From: a virus
Length of the DNA: 64,000 nucleotides
Reading direction: 5' to 3' (one strand)
Virus record (IMG/VR): IMGVR_UViG_3300035189_000033
Span: 1-64,000 of that record
Position numbers and translations under genes: made by a program. Below the pieces are notes generated by a model. That model was not told the origin of the DNA and did not search any database. It saw only the letters and a list, made by a program, of their open reading frames with translations. How positions within the stretch are numbered: position 1 is the first letter of the stretch; every line of letters begins with the position of its first letter. Positions 57,201 through 64,000 of the stretch are shown piece by piece.

Positions 57201-57320
57201 ACGCGGAACGCCTTGGCGGACATGACGCGCGCCGCCGGGCCGGCTGCCGGGGTTGGTCTCGCGCAGATCCCGTCTATGACGGTGCGGCCGGGTGACCAGC
57301 AGAATGGTCAGGGTCAGTAA
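54261..57320 (+). CDS. Large virion/ejection protein with phage-tail-lysozyme and ParB-like domains
   Basis: GIADNMTRESG...AIGLFQH..PRR...QIAF...EL (tail lysozyme); IPTL...DQDGRHRA (ParB/Srx); helical C-terminus with PLYDGAY and GGSQTA. Confidence 0.8.
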   Translation: MSETDSIPTMTIRPRPKQEGDGGTSPTGKLSYGNMVQKWKALGYSDGGARGIADNMTRESGGDPTAIGPGGAAIGLFQHEGPRREALEKFAKDRGTKPTDPDTQIAFADNELKTDYPTLREQLQKSTDRAASENSFKRVFERPKSVLWGERPKTETPDFRFSPYAMAEHAKRPNTDVVLMAPDDYLDLAPALGGRPFANPAGRSLLASVDKGEPIEAIPTLDVDVKGNTGTVTDQDGRHRALLAKHAGVDAIPVAIQKNGEGEPTELAGMSGKVLPNRFPKVQQQKPQQRSLLQRAGDAIIPRAEAAEPSAGATGPAAEAWPDDPIVEGGPQQGAAPHAPAPDSNEQWPDDPIVEGGDSAAAAKPDGMALSALKGAGYGVGKTALAGQELLGEGLRAVGVSSVGGWLVDDARKGMKQLDQDIAPDQAAHPYATGAGEFAGGMAVPMGAVGLGGKLLGRYAPAIARAGGNALKGAAAGGVVGALQPGDPEHYWADKAGETALGAGLGAAGNALAAQASRLIAPRMRPIYEFVERVTGKPASKSPGAMSVIKRMESDQRAGGSTAQDMLDLANQTPDKPLTLADLGGPEVRALAGRVARGPGDGRAVMTNFLNERDRGAGARLAGDVDREIQRKSAYEQGKALDRSRKIAAQPLYDGAYAHPPINPDEMQGNGRIGRLMNRPSFRAGMQNAIKISAEEGVPLKTLGIDLDAQGVPFFTEVPTWRTLDYVKRGMDDVIEEFRSDVTGRLKLDTYGRAANNTRTDFRDTLRDLNGPYAAALDAYSGPSTSLDALHAGQDFLLRSPEEIADRIGRFGAGDREFFKIGAADTLRTRMEKKGVTADEAKAIVNSPYMARQLRPLFESDAAFKRFTNAVQAEAKMYATRFDVLGGSQTAARRGEDTSPDLEALVQIGRGALHAKTGNLPAAMQSLWRGAKAWKSGRDPAVNAGIADILTHPIASGTTGQRMNDFKTFMAALPTTRAHMTRNALADMTRAAGPAAGVGLAQIPSMTVRPGDQQNGQGQ

Positions 57321-57498
57321 CGCAGCGACAGGTTTAAGAAGCGAAGCGACTGGCTGGCGCACCACCGGCCAAAACGAAAGGCAAGGCTGGGAAGACCGAG
57401 CGCGATGCGCCGCTGTCGCCGCCGGCGCAATACGTCGAAAACATAAGTGAGCACCCCGCACCCCATCGCTTGCAGGGGCGCCAGCGAGTGAGGATCAG

Positions 57499-57858
57499 AT
57501 GGCATTGTCGAAAATCATCATAGAGTACCTGCCTCAAGACCGGATGCGGTACGACACCACGGGGGATTGGTTTTTCGACGCGGAAGGCAACCTGGTCATC
57601 CAGGTCGTCGGCGGCGATCCATTCGATCAGGATGAGGCGTTTCTGGTCGCCTTGCATGAACTGGTGGAAGTCAAACTGTGCCACTCAGCGGGCATCACTC
57701 AAGGGGCGGTGGACGCCTTTGATTTCACATTCGAAGGAGAGGGCGAGCCCGGCGATCATCCCGACGCGCCGTATCGCGAGCAGCACCGCCGGGCCATGCT
57801 GATCGAGCACCTGATGGCGAACTTCCTGGGCAAGACGGATTACGGCCGCGTGGAGTAA
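57499..57858 (+). CDS. hypothetical protein with a possible metal-binding HE motif
   Basis: GAGG SD; RYDTTGDW, ALHELVE, EPGD..DAPY..QH. Confidence 0.7.
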   Translation: MALSKIIIEYLPQDRMRYDTTGDWFFDAEGNLVIQVVGGDPFDQDEAFLVALHELVEVKLCHSAGITQGAVDAFDFTFEGEGEPGDHPDAPYREQHRRAMLIEHLMANFLGKTDYGRVE

Positions 57859-58043
57859 TCCCGGCCTCGCTGCTGGCGCCTGAGTTCGCACACGTTGCAG
57901 ACCACCGGCTTTGTGCCGTCATCATCGGCATCGGCCATCCAGGTGCCGCCGCAGCGCGGGCAGATATAGCGATAGGGCCGCTCGTTCTGCCCACTTGGCA
58001 CGCGCCAGGGCTTCAGATGATCTTTCGGGGGCGGCTGGCTCAT
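57840..58043 (-). CDS. Zn-ribbon hypothetical protein
   Basis: CPRC...CNVC. Confidence 0.55.
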   Translation of the reverse strand: MSQPPPKDHLKPWRVPSGQNERPYRYICPRCGGTWMADADDDGTKPVVCNVCELRRQQRGRDYSTRP

Positions 58044-58138
58044 CGGTGGGGCCGGCGGATCACGATCAACACGCCAAGGATGATGGCGGCCGTTCCGAGC
58101 CCCAGCATCACGCGGTAGATCAGGTCGAGTGTCGTCAT
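58040..58138 (-). CDS. 32-aa single-TM peptide
   Basis: MTTLDLIYRVMLGLGTAAIILGVLIVIRRPHR; ATGA-coupled. Confidence 0.4.
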   Translation of the reverse strand: MTTLDLIYRVMLGLGTAAIILGVLIVIRRPHR

Positions 58139-58155
58139 CGCCCGTAAGCCCTTAG

Positions 58156-58201
58156 CAGAACTGTCAGGACTGGGGCACCAGAACTGTCAGGACTGGGGCG
58201 C
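58156..58201. repeat. 23-bp intergenic tandem duplication
   Basis: CAGAACTGTCAGGACTGGGGC(A/G)C x2. Confidence 0.85.
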
Positions 58202-58206
58202 CTTTG

Positions 58207-58470
58207 TTACAGCGGGTCGATGTTCTCGCGCAGCGCCATCTTCATCCACTCGTTGATGTTCGCCTGCGTGGTGATTTCTTCGATCTTCGAGCGCAGCGGG
58301 TCAATCATCGGGCCGGCCCAGTCGGCTTGCATCCACTGCCGCAGATAAGCGCGCATGGCGCCGATCTGGTTGGGCGTCATCGGCTCGCGGCGCAGATACG
58401 CCTCGACCGCAGGCCGCAGCACGCCGCTGGTCTCGTTCATCCAGTAGCCGGGAACGATCGGCATCGGCAT
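58207..58470 (-). CDS. hypothetical protein
   Basis: PGYWMNETSGVLRPAVEAYL...IDPL. Confidence 0.7.
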   Translation of the reverse strand: MPMPIVPGYWMNETSGVLRPAVEAYLRREPMTPNQIGAMRAYLRQWMQADWAGPMIDPLRSKIEEITTQANINEWMKMALRENIDPL

Positions 58471-59084
58471 CAGCGGAAGTCCCGGAGCACCGCGGCCTCC
58501 TCGGCGTCGCGTGCCTCGATGGTGCCGTCTCTGATTTCATGCCACTGGCGATCGGAACTGATCGGCGGCGGGAAGATCGTCATGGCGTCGCGGCTGTTCC
58601 AGCGGACGATGGTGGCGATGCCGCCCTTCTCGGCCTGTGAAAGCATGTAAGCGCGAAGCTCCGGCGCGCGGTGCGCGTCCGGGAAGGCCGGATCCACCCA
58701 GACTTGCAGCACCGTGATCTTGGTGCTGACGCCGGTCTCGTGGTTGATCATGGTGATATAATCGTAGGACAGGTCGATGACGTAGTGACAGCGATCCGGG
58801 CGCGGCATTGCGGCGGTGAGCGGGTCCGCGAGCCAGCGGCACGACCATGCCCGGCAGACATTCGGCCGGCGTGCATAGATGGTGCAGCCTTTGCCGTACT
58901 TGGCGTGCTGGCATTTCTTCCCGGCTGGTTTGGTGAGCTGCGGCACCGGCACAAGTTTGCAGCAGAGCGTGCATTCGCCGCACCTGCGTCCGGTGCCCTT
59001 GTTGTCCCAGGTGATGCTGGCGGAGCCGTCGGGGTTTTCGGTCAGCCGCATCTGGTCGCCGGCAAAACTAAGTTTGTCGCTCAT
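58470..59084 (-). CDS. YkgJ-like CxxCxxCC cysteine-cluster protein
   Basis: RCGECTLCCK...CQH...GCTIYARRPNVCRAWSC. Confidence 0.75.
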   Translation of the reverse strand: MSDKLSFAGDQMRLTENPDGSASITWDNKGTGRRCGECTLCCKLVPVPQLTKPAGKKCQHAKYGKGCTIYARRPNVCRAWSCRWLADPLTAAMPRPDRCHYVIDLSYDYITMINHETGVSTKITVLQVWVDPAFPDAHRAPELRAYMLSQAEKGGIATIVRWNSRDAMTIFPPPISSDRQWHEIRDGTIEARDAEEAAVLRDFR

Positions 59085-59266
59085 GCACGCTCCTCCGCCG
59101 CCCGGACTTTGCGGGCCAAGTCGCAGAGCGTCTTGGTTGTGGCATCGCTCTGGCCAGTCAGGACGACCCACATCTCGCGGTCGTACGGTGTCCATTCTCC
59201 GCCGCGATGAAACAGCAGCACCGCCCGCGCAAGCTTTTCCGCGTCGCTGATCGGGGTTTCGCTCAT
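59081..59266 (-). CDS. hypothetical protein
   Basis: ATGA-coupled. Confidence 0.6.
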   Translation of the reverse strand: MSETPISDAEKLARAVLLFHRGGEWTPYDREMWVVLTGQSDATTKTLCDLARKVRAAEERA

Positions 59267-59514
59267 GCCTCTGGCCCGTGGATAATCGCGGCGTTGATCG
59301 GCACCAATTCCCGCACCAGTCCCACGTGACTCGCGAGGATCTTTTCGCGGATGTCATTGGTTGCGGCCGGATTGCCGCGCACGATGTGACCGGCCAAAAA
59401 AGTCGCCAGCAGGTCGGCCAGGATCGCGGATTGAATCTCCGGCGGCCGGCCAGCAAGCACCACGGCGATCATCTTGACGACCGTTGCAAAGTCTTTCGGA
59501 CGGCTATCGCTCAT
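59263..59514 (-). CDS. hypothetical protein
   Basis: ATGA-coupled; GAGG SD. Confidence 0.6.
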   Translation of the reverse strand: MSDSRPKDFATVVKMIAVVLAGRPPEIQSAILADLLATFLAGHIVRGNPAATNDIREKILASHVGLVRELVPINAAIIHGPEA

Positions 59515-59675
59515 CGCGGCTCATCCTCCCGCCGAAGCGCGATTTCGGTCATCCGCTGCTTCACGAGAAGCACGAAATCCCGAGCCTCGTCGTCGGACAC
59601 GTTGTGCATGAGCGCGGCGCGCCATTCCTCCAGGAACAGTTCGAGCGCGATCGGCAGGACGGGCGGAATGGTCAT
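59511..59675 (-). CDS. hypothetical protein
   Basis: MTIPPVLPIALELFLEEW..., 54 aa, coupled at both ends; translated by hand. Confidence 0.55.
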   Translation of the reverse strand: MTIPPVLPIALELFLEEWRAALMHNVSDDEARDFVLLVKQRMTEIALRREDEPR

Positions 59676-59911
59676 CGGGCTTGATCCGGCAAGCTTTGCA
59701 TGATTTTGGCGGCCCAGCGTCGGGCAGCCTCCGCGTCGGGCGGTGGGATCGACACCAGGCCTTCGGCCACGGCCTCGGACTGACCGCCGAACGCCACCGC
59801 CGTTACGAGGGCGATCACCGGGTTACCTGCATCGTCCGTGCCTTGCCACATCCGCACCATCACCTCGTCCGCCATGAAGAAATGTTCGGTCGGTGTGATC
59901 GTCAGTTTCAT
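59672..59911 (-). CDS. hypothetical protein
   Basis: MKLTITPT...RMWQGTDDAG; AGGAG SD. Confidence 0.65.
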   Translation of the reverse strand: MKLTITPTEHFFMADEVMVRMWQGTDDAGNPVIALVTAVAFGGQSEAVAEGLVSIPPPDAEAARRWAAKIMQSLPDQAR

Positions 59912-60258
59912 CGGGTTTGCTCCTGCACCACCACCGCGGCATGCCCGGCCAGCGCCGCCGCATGGGTGTGATAGCGGATCAGCCGGGTCGGCACGCCGTC
60001 GGCGGTGAAACACATGGTTTCAAAACAAATTGGCGGTTCCCCCTCGCGCCTTGCGCTGCAATCGACGCCGAGAAACACCGTGGAGACGACAACGGGCGGA
60101 TCGCCGACAGAACTGAGCGCAAGCTGGCTATCATGATCTCCCATCCACAGCGCCCAATCGACGATATGAGCGGCTTCGGGCTCGTTGTCGGCGTTGAGCA
60201 CGTAAAACCGCGGACGAACGAAGTCGCCAAGCGACCGGCCTTTCGGCGGGACGTCCAT
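59908..60258 (-). CDS. hypothetical phage protein
   Basis: VSTVFLGVD...PICFETMCF...RYHT..AALAGH, a common phage motif. Confidence 0.7.
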   Translation of the reverse strand: MDVPPKGRSLGDFVRPRFYVLNADNEPEAAHIVDWALWMGDHDSQLALSSVGDPPVVVSTVFLGVDCSARREGEPPICFETMCFTADGVPTRLIRYHTHAAALAGHAAVVVQEQTR

Positions 60259-60515
60259 TATTCCCAGCCTTCTGCAGGGGCGTCGCGGAATTCGGCGCGG
60301 TAAGCATCGCGCATGGTCTCGATGTCTTCCAGCCGCACCGGCAGATCGGGCAGAACGCCATGCCGCGCCCCATGACCGGGAATAGCGCGGGCGCAGATGC
60401 CCAGCGCCTCAGTGCGCGAGAACGGCGCCGCTTCGGAGAGTCTGGCGGTGTAGCCATGCCGCTTCAACCACCACATACGATGTTCGACCGACCAGACCAG
60501 ATAGGTTTCTTCCAT
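60258..60515 (-). CDS. hypothetical phage protein
   Basis: YLVWSVEHRMWW...GYT..LSEA..FSRTEA. Confidence 0.65.
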   Translation of the reverse strand: MEETYLVWSVEHRMWWLKRHGYTARLSEAAPFSRTEALGICARAIPGHGARHGVLPDLPVRLEDIETMRDAYRAEFRDAPAEGWE

Positions 60516-60597
60516 CTCGTATCTCCGCCGCTTCCATTCGCTGAGTCGCCCGGTCAGCTTCTGCAGTGGCCGCTGGAATGGCGCTATGCCGGGTCGA

Positions 60598-60906
60598 TTA
60601 TCGTTCCCCAAAAATGCGTCCTATGGCGGCTTGCTCGCGTTCGCTCTGCCGTAATGCCGGTGCGGCTTCCTCCATCGAGGTGAACCGGGTGCGACCGAGT
60701 TCGTACAGCCAGCAATCGCGGGGCGAGTGGCACAGTCCGCACCACGGATCAATCGTACCGCTTCCTATCATCCTCGCGACGTGCGTGCGGAGCGGTTCCA
60801 GCGCCGCCTGTTCGGCAGCGTCCCGATCTTCAGCGACGACAGCCGCGGCCAGGATGGCGTGACGCCTGGGGCCACAGAGGCATTGGGCGATCCAAACCGC
60901 GCTCAT
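60598..60906 (-). CDS. hypothetical protein
   Basis: IAQCLCG..RHAILA...DPWCGLC; GAGG SD. Confidence 0.65.
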   Translation of the reverse strand: MSAVWIAQCLCGPRRHAILAAAVVAEDRDAAEQAALEPLRTHVARMIGSGTIDPWCGLCHSPRDCWLYELGRTRFTSMEEAAPALRQSEREQAAIGRIFGER

Positions 60907-61127
60907 TTGCCGTCCTCTTTGCGGGGGGGAATTTCCGTGCACTCTCTCGCGCGGCGGATATGTCGGCCGAGTGACCAGATCACGCGATCAAGCGAGTGTG
61001 CGCCATCGCGCAGATCGCACCTCAAATCATGGGAGGCGTTCTCGCAGAGCGGTTGCACCGTGCGCACGATCGCCAGGGCATCTTCCAGCCGTCTATAGGC
61101 GGAGAGCCATTCGCTTTCGTGGCTCAT
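60903..61127 (-). CDS. hypothetical protein
   Basis: Coupled ORF. Confidence 0.5.
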   Translation of the reverse strand: MSHESEWLSAYRRLEDALAIVRTVQPLCENASHDLRCDLRDGAHSLDRVIWSLGRHIRRARECTEIPPRKEDGK

Positions 61128-61235
61128 GACATACCGAGCCTGCGCAGGCGGCCGGGAACGCGCGCATCACGTTGTGAGTCCGCGCTCCATACCGCTTCGG
61201 TTACGGCTGTGATAGGATAAGGGTTAGAGAAGGGG

Positions 61236-61281
61236 GAGTGCCTGAGTGCCTGAGTGCCTGAGTGCCTGAGTGCCTGAGTGC
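61236..61281. repeat. 8-bp microsatellite (GAGTGCCT)x5 plus a partial copy
   Basis: Read directly from the sequence. Confidence 0.95.
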
Positions 61282-61524
61282 ACATCCGAGACCAACGGCT
61301 TGGCCGCACGCTCGCAACAGGGGGGCAAAGGTAGGCACGCATCGGGCTTCCCTCCCAGGCAGAAAGATACTCATACGAGTATCATTCGTTACGCCGTCGC
61401 TGATCGGTTGCGGCGGCGGTGTTCGGCACTACCAAAACGGCAAAGTCACCGAACTGTCAAGTCCGGATCTGTCGAATATCACACATGCCAAAGCCGTGAT
61501 CGGGTCTTGCGAAGTCGAAATTGT

Positions 61525-61749
61525 TTAATTGTCCGTTATGACTTCGCCCGGCTCCAGCCCCGCCTCGATGGCCTGCTGGATCAGGCTTAAAGCCTCATCG
61601 ACCATCAGCCGCCGCGCGCGGCCGGGTGCGGGCAACGGGCGCTTGCACCAGAATTCGCCGCGTCCGCTGAAGCCCGAGATCCGCACGCAGACGGCGTCGG
61701 TGGACGGGTCATAGTAGCGAACCGACTGCCAAGCGTTCATGGACGGCAT
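61525..61749 (-). CDS. hypothetical protein
   Basis: 74-aa ORF in the operon. Confidence 0.55.
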   Translation of the reverse strand: MPSMNAWQSVRYYDPSTDAVCVRISGFSGRGEFWCKRPLPAPGRARRLMVDEALSLIQQAIEAGLEPGEVITDN

Positions 61750-62061
61750 TCACTCGTCCGGCCACGTGCGCTCGGTATAGGTGGTTTCCATGCGACGAAT
61801 GAGGCCGAGAACGTGATGCTCCTCGCCATCCGCCCATGCCTTGGACGCCTCGATGCACTTCTGGCGGTTGCCGTCCTCGGTTTCGATAGTGGCCACGATG
61901 GCATAGCCGGCGACCTTGCCGGCACGCGCCTCGGCGATCAGCCATATCAGCGTAGATATGAAGTTGGTGTCGTCGGGCTCGGGCGGGGTGTTCAGCACCG
62001 AGATCGAGGCGCCGCCGGTCTTGTAAGTGACCTTACTGATCCGAACGCGCGCGGCGCTCAT
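61750..62061 (-). CDS. hypothetical protein
   Basis: LIAEARAGKVAGYAIVA; coupled. Confidence 0.65.
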   Translation of the reverse strand: MSAARVRISKVTYKTGGASISVLNTPPEPDDTNFISTLIWLIAEARAGKVAGYAIVATIETEDGNRQKCIEASKAWADGEEHHVLGLIRRMETTYTERTWPDE

Positions 62062-62309
62062 GCCGCGCTCAATGGCCCGCCGGGCCGCATCGGCTGGTCG
62101 GGGGCGAGCATCAGCGCCTTGATCCGGTCGATCAGCCAGTTGCATTGCGCCATTGTCAGATCGCTGTCGAGGAACACAAGGCTGCCGTCGGCCAGCTCGG
62201 ACAGCACCAGCACGTTGGGCAGGTCCATCCGCTGGGCGACGGCCAGCACATCGACGACGCTGTGAAACTGACGCGGCACCCGCAGCAGCGTCACCTCGCC
62301 GTCACTCAT
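62058..62309 (-). CDS. hypothetical protein
   Basis: ATGA-coupled. Confidence 0.6.
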   Translation of the reverse strand: MSDGEVTLLRVPRQFHSVVDVLAVAQRMDLPNVLVLSELADGSLVFLDSDLTMAQCNWLIDRIKALMLAPDQPMRPGGPLSAA

Positions 62310-62500
62310 TGCAGTGTGCCGGCGATCTCTCGCGCGCCCATGCGGAGCTTCCGCAACCGTTCCTGCAACGCCGCGTGCTCTTCCGTGACAGCCTGGCGCA
62401 ATCGCCCGTACGACGCCGCAACCTCGGCCATCTGATCGATGTCCAACTGGGTCGGTTCGCGCCATTCGTCGGTCTGGATGTCGTAAATCCGCAGCGCCAT
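62306..62500 (-). CDS. hypothetical protein
   Basis: GAGGAGG SD. Confidence 0.6.
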   Translation of the reverse strand: MALRIYDIQTDEWREPTQLDIDQMAEVAASYGRLRQAVTEEHAALQERLRKLRMGAREIAGTLQ

Positions 62501-62599
62501 GCTCGCCTCCTCTGTGCCGGGTTTCGCCCAGCCGCAATAGACGCATGTTTTTGCGTTCGAGCGGTACAGGCACCAGCTATTGCACCGCTCGATCCGCAC

Positions 62600-62761
62600 T
62601 CACATTTTCTGTGTCTGGCTCGGCTTGCCGTAGCGCTGCTTCATGTCGACCTGCGGCACCTTTGCCTTTGTGACCGGCATGTTGATGCCGGAACCCGTGT
62701 GCGCCTGCTTGCGCTCCTTGGTCGACTTGCCGCCGCCCTTCTTGTCCGCATTCTTCTTCAT
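62600..62761 (-). CDS. small Lys-rich protein
   Basis: MKKNADKKGGGK..., 53 aa; translated by hand. Confidence 0.5.
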   Translation of the reverse strand: MKKNADKKGGGKSTKERKQAHTGSGINMPVTKAKVPQVDMKQRYGKPSQTQKM

Positions 62762-62937
62762 GACAGATCCCCTAGCTTGTTGCGCATCGTCGACGGCTTC
62801 TTGCCGCCACCCAAACCCGCGGCAATCGATTGGTCCTGTCGCGTTTCGTCCCGCATCATCTTGCCGGGCGTCGGCATTTTCGGGACCGGGCCTTTGATGG
62901 GGGCCGCGCGCTTGGGCTTGTGTATTCCCTTCTTCAT
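62758..62937 (-). CDS. small Lys/Pro-rich protein
   Basis: AGGAG SD; MKKGIHKPK..., 59 aa; translated by hand. Confidence 0.55.
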   Translation of the reverse strand: MKKGIHKPKRAAPIKGPVPKMPTPGKMMRDETRQDQSIAAGLGGGKKPSTMRNKLGDLS

Positions 62938-62965
62938 GTCGGCTGTTCTCCTGCTGGTGGCGCGT

Positions 62966-63334
62966 TTATCGGCGCCGCGGGTTTGACGACGCTTTTGCCG
63001 GGATCTTGCCTTTGTTGATCATCGCGAGCGCGTTCGGGCCAAGCTTGGCGACGGCGGCCTTCTTGACGACGTATTCGCCCTTTTTGGCAGGGATCATGCC
63101 GTCGTCCTTGCCGACCTTGGGGCCCGCCACCTTGCGGATAAGGCCGCCTTTGGCCTTGCCATCTCCGGCCATCGCTTTCGCCGCGTTGTCCAAAAACATC
63201 TGCTTCATCTTTGGATCGGTTTCTTGTGCGGCTTGACCCTTGAGGAATCGCTGCACGTCTGGGTCCGCACGGTAGGTTCCGCCAGCGGCGCGAAACTCAG
63301 TTTCGATCTCATCGTCAGGAGGTTTTCTTGCCAC
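62966..63334 (-). CDS. small basic protein with a tape-measure-C-terminal-like motif
   Basis: AKGGLI..VAGP...DD..IPAKKGEYVV..AAV..LG...L..INKG. Confidence 0.65.
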   Translation of the reverse strand: MARKPPDDEIETEFRAAGGTYRADPDVQRFLKGQAAQETDPKMKQMFLDNAAKAMAGDGKAKGGLIRKVAGPKVGKDDGMIPAKKGEYVVKKAAVAKLGPNALAMINKGKIPAKASSNPRRR

Positions 63335-63340
63335 GGGGCT

Positions 63341-63691
63341 TTATCCTTTTCCGATGACTTCCAGCTGGTCTTTTGGTGTGTATCCGGCCTCGAACGCTTC
63401 CTTCGGCGAGACGGAGCAAAACCCGTCGGCGTAGACGACTGCATAGCCGCCAATCTCGGCGCGGGCGGCCATTGCCGGTTCGGACGGATAGAACCGTTCG
63501 ACCCGGTCATCGCCGTAGGGTTTGACCAGGATGGCAACGCCGCTGTCCCCGACCCCGCATTCGGGTCGGCCTAAGCCGTGGATGACCGCCGCTGCCACGA
63601 TCTTGTGGGAAACGTAGCGTGGCCAAAGTTGAAACTGCGCTTTGGCTCGGGTGTCGTCATCGGGCTGATAAGCCAACGGCTCGATGGACAT
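63341..63691 (-). CDS. conserved phage protein (GY.V.Y.DG..S.SP..FE.GY family)
   Basis: YVSHKIVAA...GGYAVVYADGFCSVSPKEAFEAGY. Confidence 0.75.
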   Translation of the reverse strand: MSIEPLAYQPDDDTRAKAQFQLWPRYVSHKIVAAAVIHGLGRPECGVGDSGVAILVKPYGDDRVERFYPSEPAMAARAEIGGYAVVYADGFCSVSPKEAFEAGYTPKDQLEVIGKG

Positions 63692-63779
63692 AGCGGGCAC
63701 GCCTTTCGCGATCGTCGATAAGTCATTGCTAACAGAGCGCTTGCGCGCTCGCAAGAAAACGGTCTGGCGTCAGACAGGC

Positions 63780-64000
63780 TCACCGGCGCCGCATTTCATC
63801 TTCCAGTTTGCTGATGCGCTGACTGAGCGTGAGGTTTTCTTGCAGTCCGTACAGCACATGCGCCCGCGTGGTGTCGGCATCGGTTCGCAGCGCCGGCATC
63901 TTATCGAGGATATCGTCCAGCTTGTTGTTCAGTTGCTCGCGCAGCCGGGTTTGCTCGGCTTCCACCGCCACCATGCGGGTTTCAACGCGGCTAAGGCGTT
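63780..64000 (-). CDS. coiled-coil hypothetical protein (5' end outside the window)
   Basis: Frame open to the window end; LSQRISKLED. Confidence 0.55.
   Translation of the reverse strand, partial: RLSRVETRMVAVEAEQTRLREQLNNKLDDILDKMPALRTDADTTRAHVLYGLQENLTLSQRISKLEDEMRRR

Larger units (their letters stand above)
1..64000. mobile_element. Tailed phage/prophage with P22-like podovirus morphogenesis; probable alphaproteobacterial host; both ends lie outside the window
   Basis: Terminase, P22-type portal, scaffold, coat, gp4-like, gp10-like and ejection genes in order. No host housekeeping genes. ORFs are truncated at both window ends. Confidence 0.95.

Noticed and set aside
61236-61281. DGR or four-helix-bundle-associated repeat
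   Set aside because: No reverse transcriptase, Avd-like gene or TR/VR pair was seen.
61124-61342. ORF spanning the microsatellite (TQALRHSG repeats)
   Set aside because: No SD; the sequence simply reflects the DNA repeat.

Overview
The whole 64 kb is one high-GC tailed-phage sequence (phage or prophage) with P22-like podovirus head and tail genes. The host is probably an alphaproteobacterium (two GcrA-like genes). Family assignments are from recognised motifs; no database searches were run. Layout: (1) 1-7537 (+): GcrA-like, ASCH, ParB-like, N4C/N6A DNA methyltransferase, radical-SAM enzyme and a DUF1376 replication initiator with internal iteron-like repeats. (2) 7785-9847 (-): small accessory genes. 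(3) 10029-57858 (+): morphogenesis genes, namely TerS, TerL, an AlpA-containing insert, portal, fibre-like genes, scaffold, P22-type coat, gp4-like, a gp10-like gene split in two, tail genes, ejection proteins, a ~4,350-aa DarB-like polyvalent protein and a lysozyme/ParB-domain protein. (4) 57840-64000 (-): many small genes. No integrase, lysis cassette, tRNA, rRNA or CRISPR array was recognised. The most striking signal is in the giant DarB-like gene, which contains two small same-strand genes in the +1 frame (43965-44315 and 52926-53135). Each has its own Shine-Dalgarno and a promoter-like element, carries the host-like codon bias itself, and lies directly beside an enzymatic domain of the giant protein. 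This suggests an injected multi-effector protein with nested partner or immunity genes. Other highlights are the split gp10, a radical-SAM gene flanked by 26-bp direct repeats, a hairpin array before the coat gene and a probable ATT start for the pilot protein.
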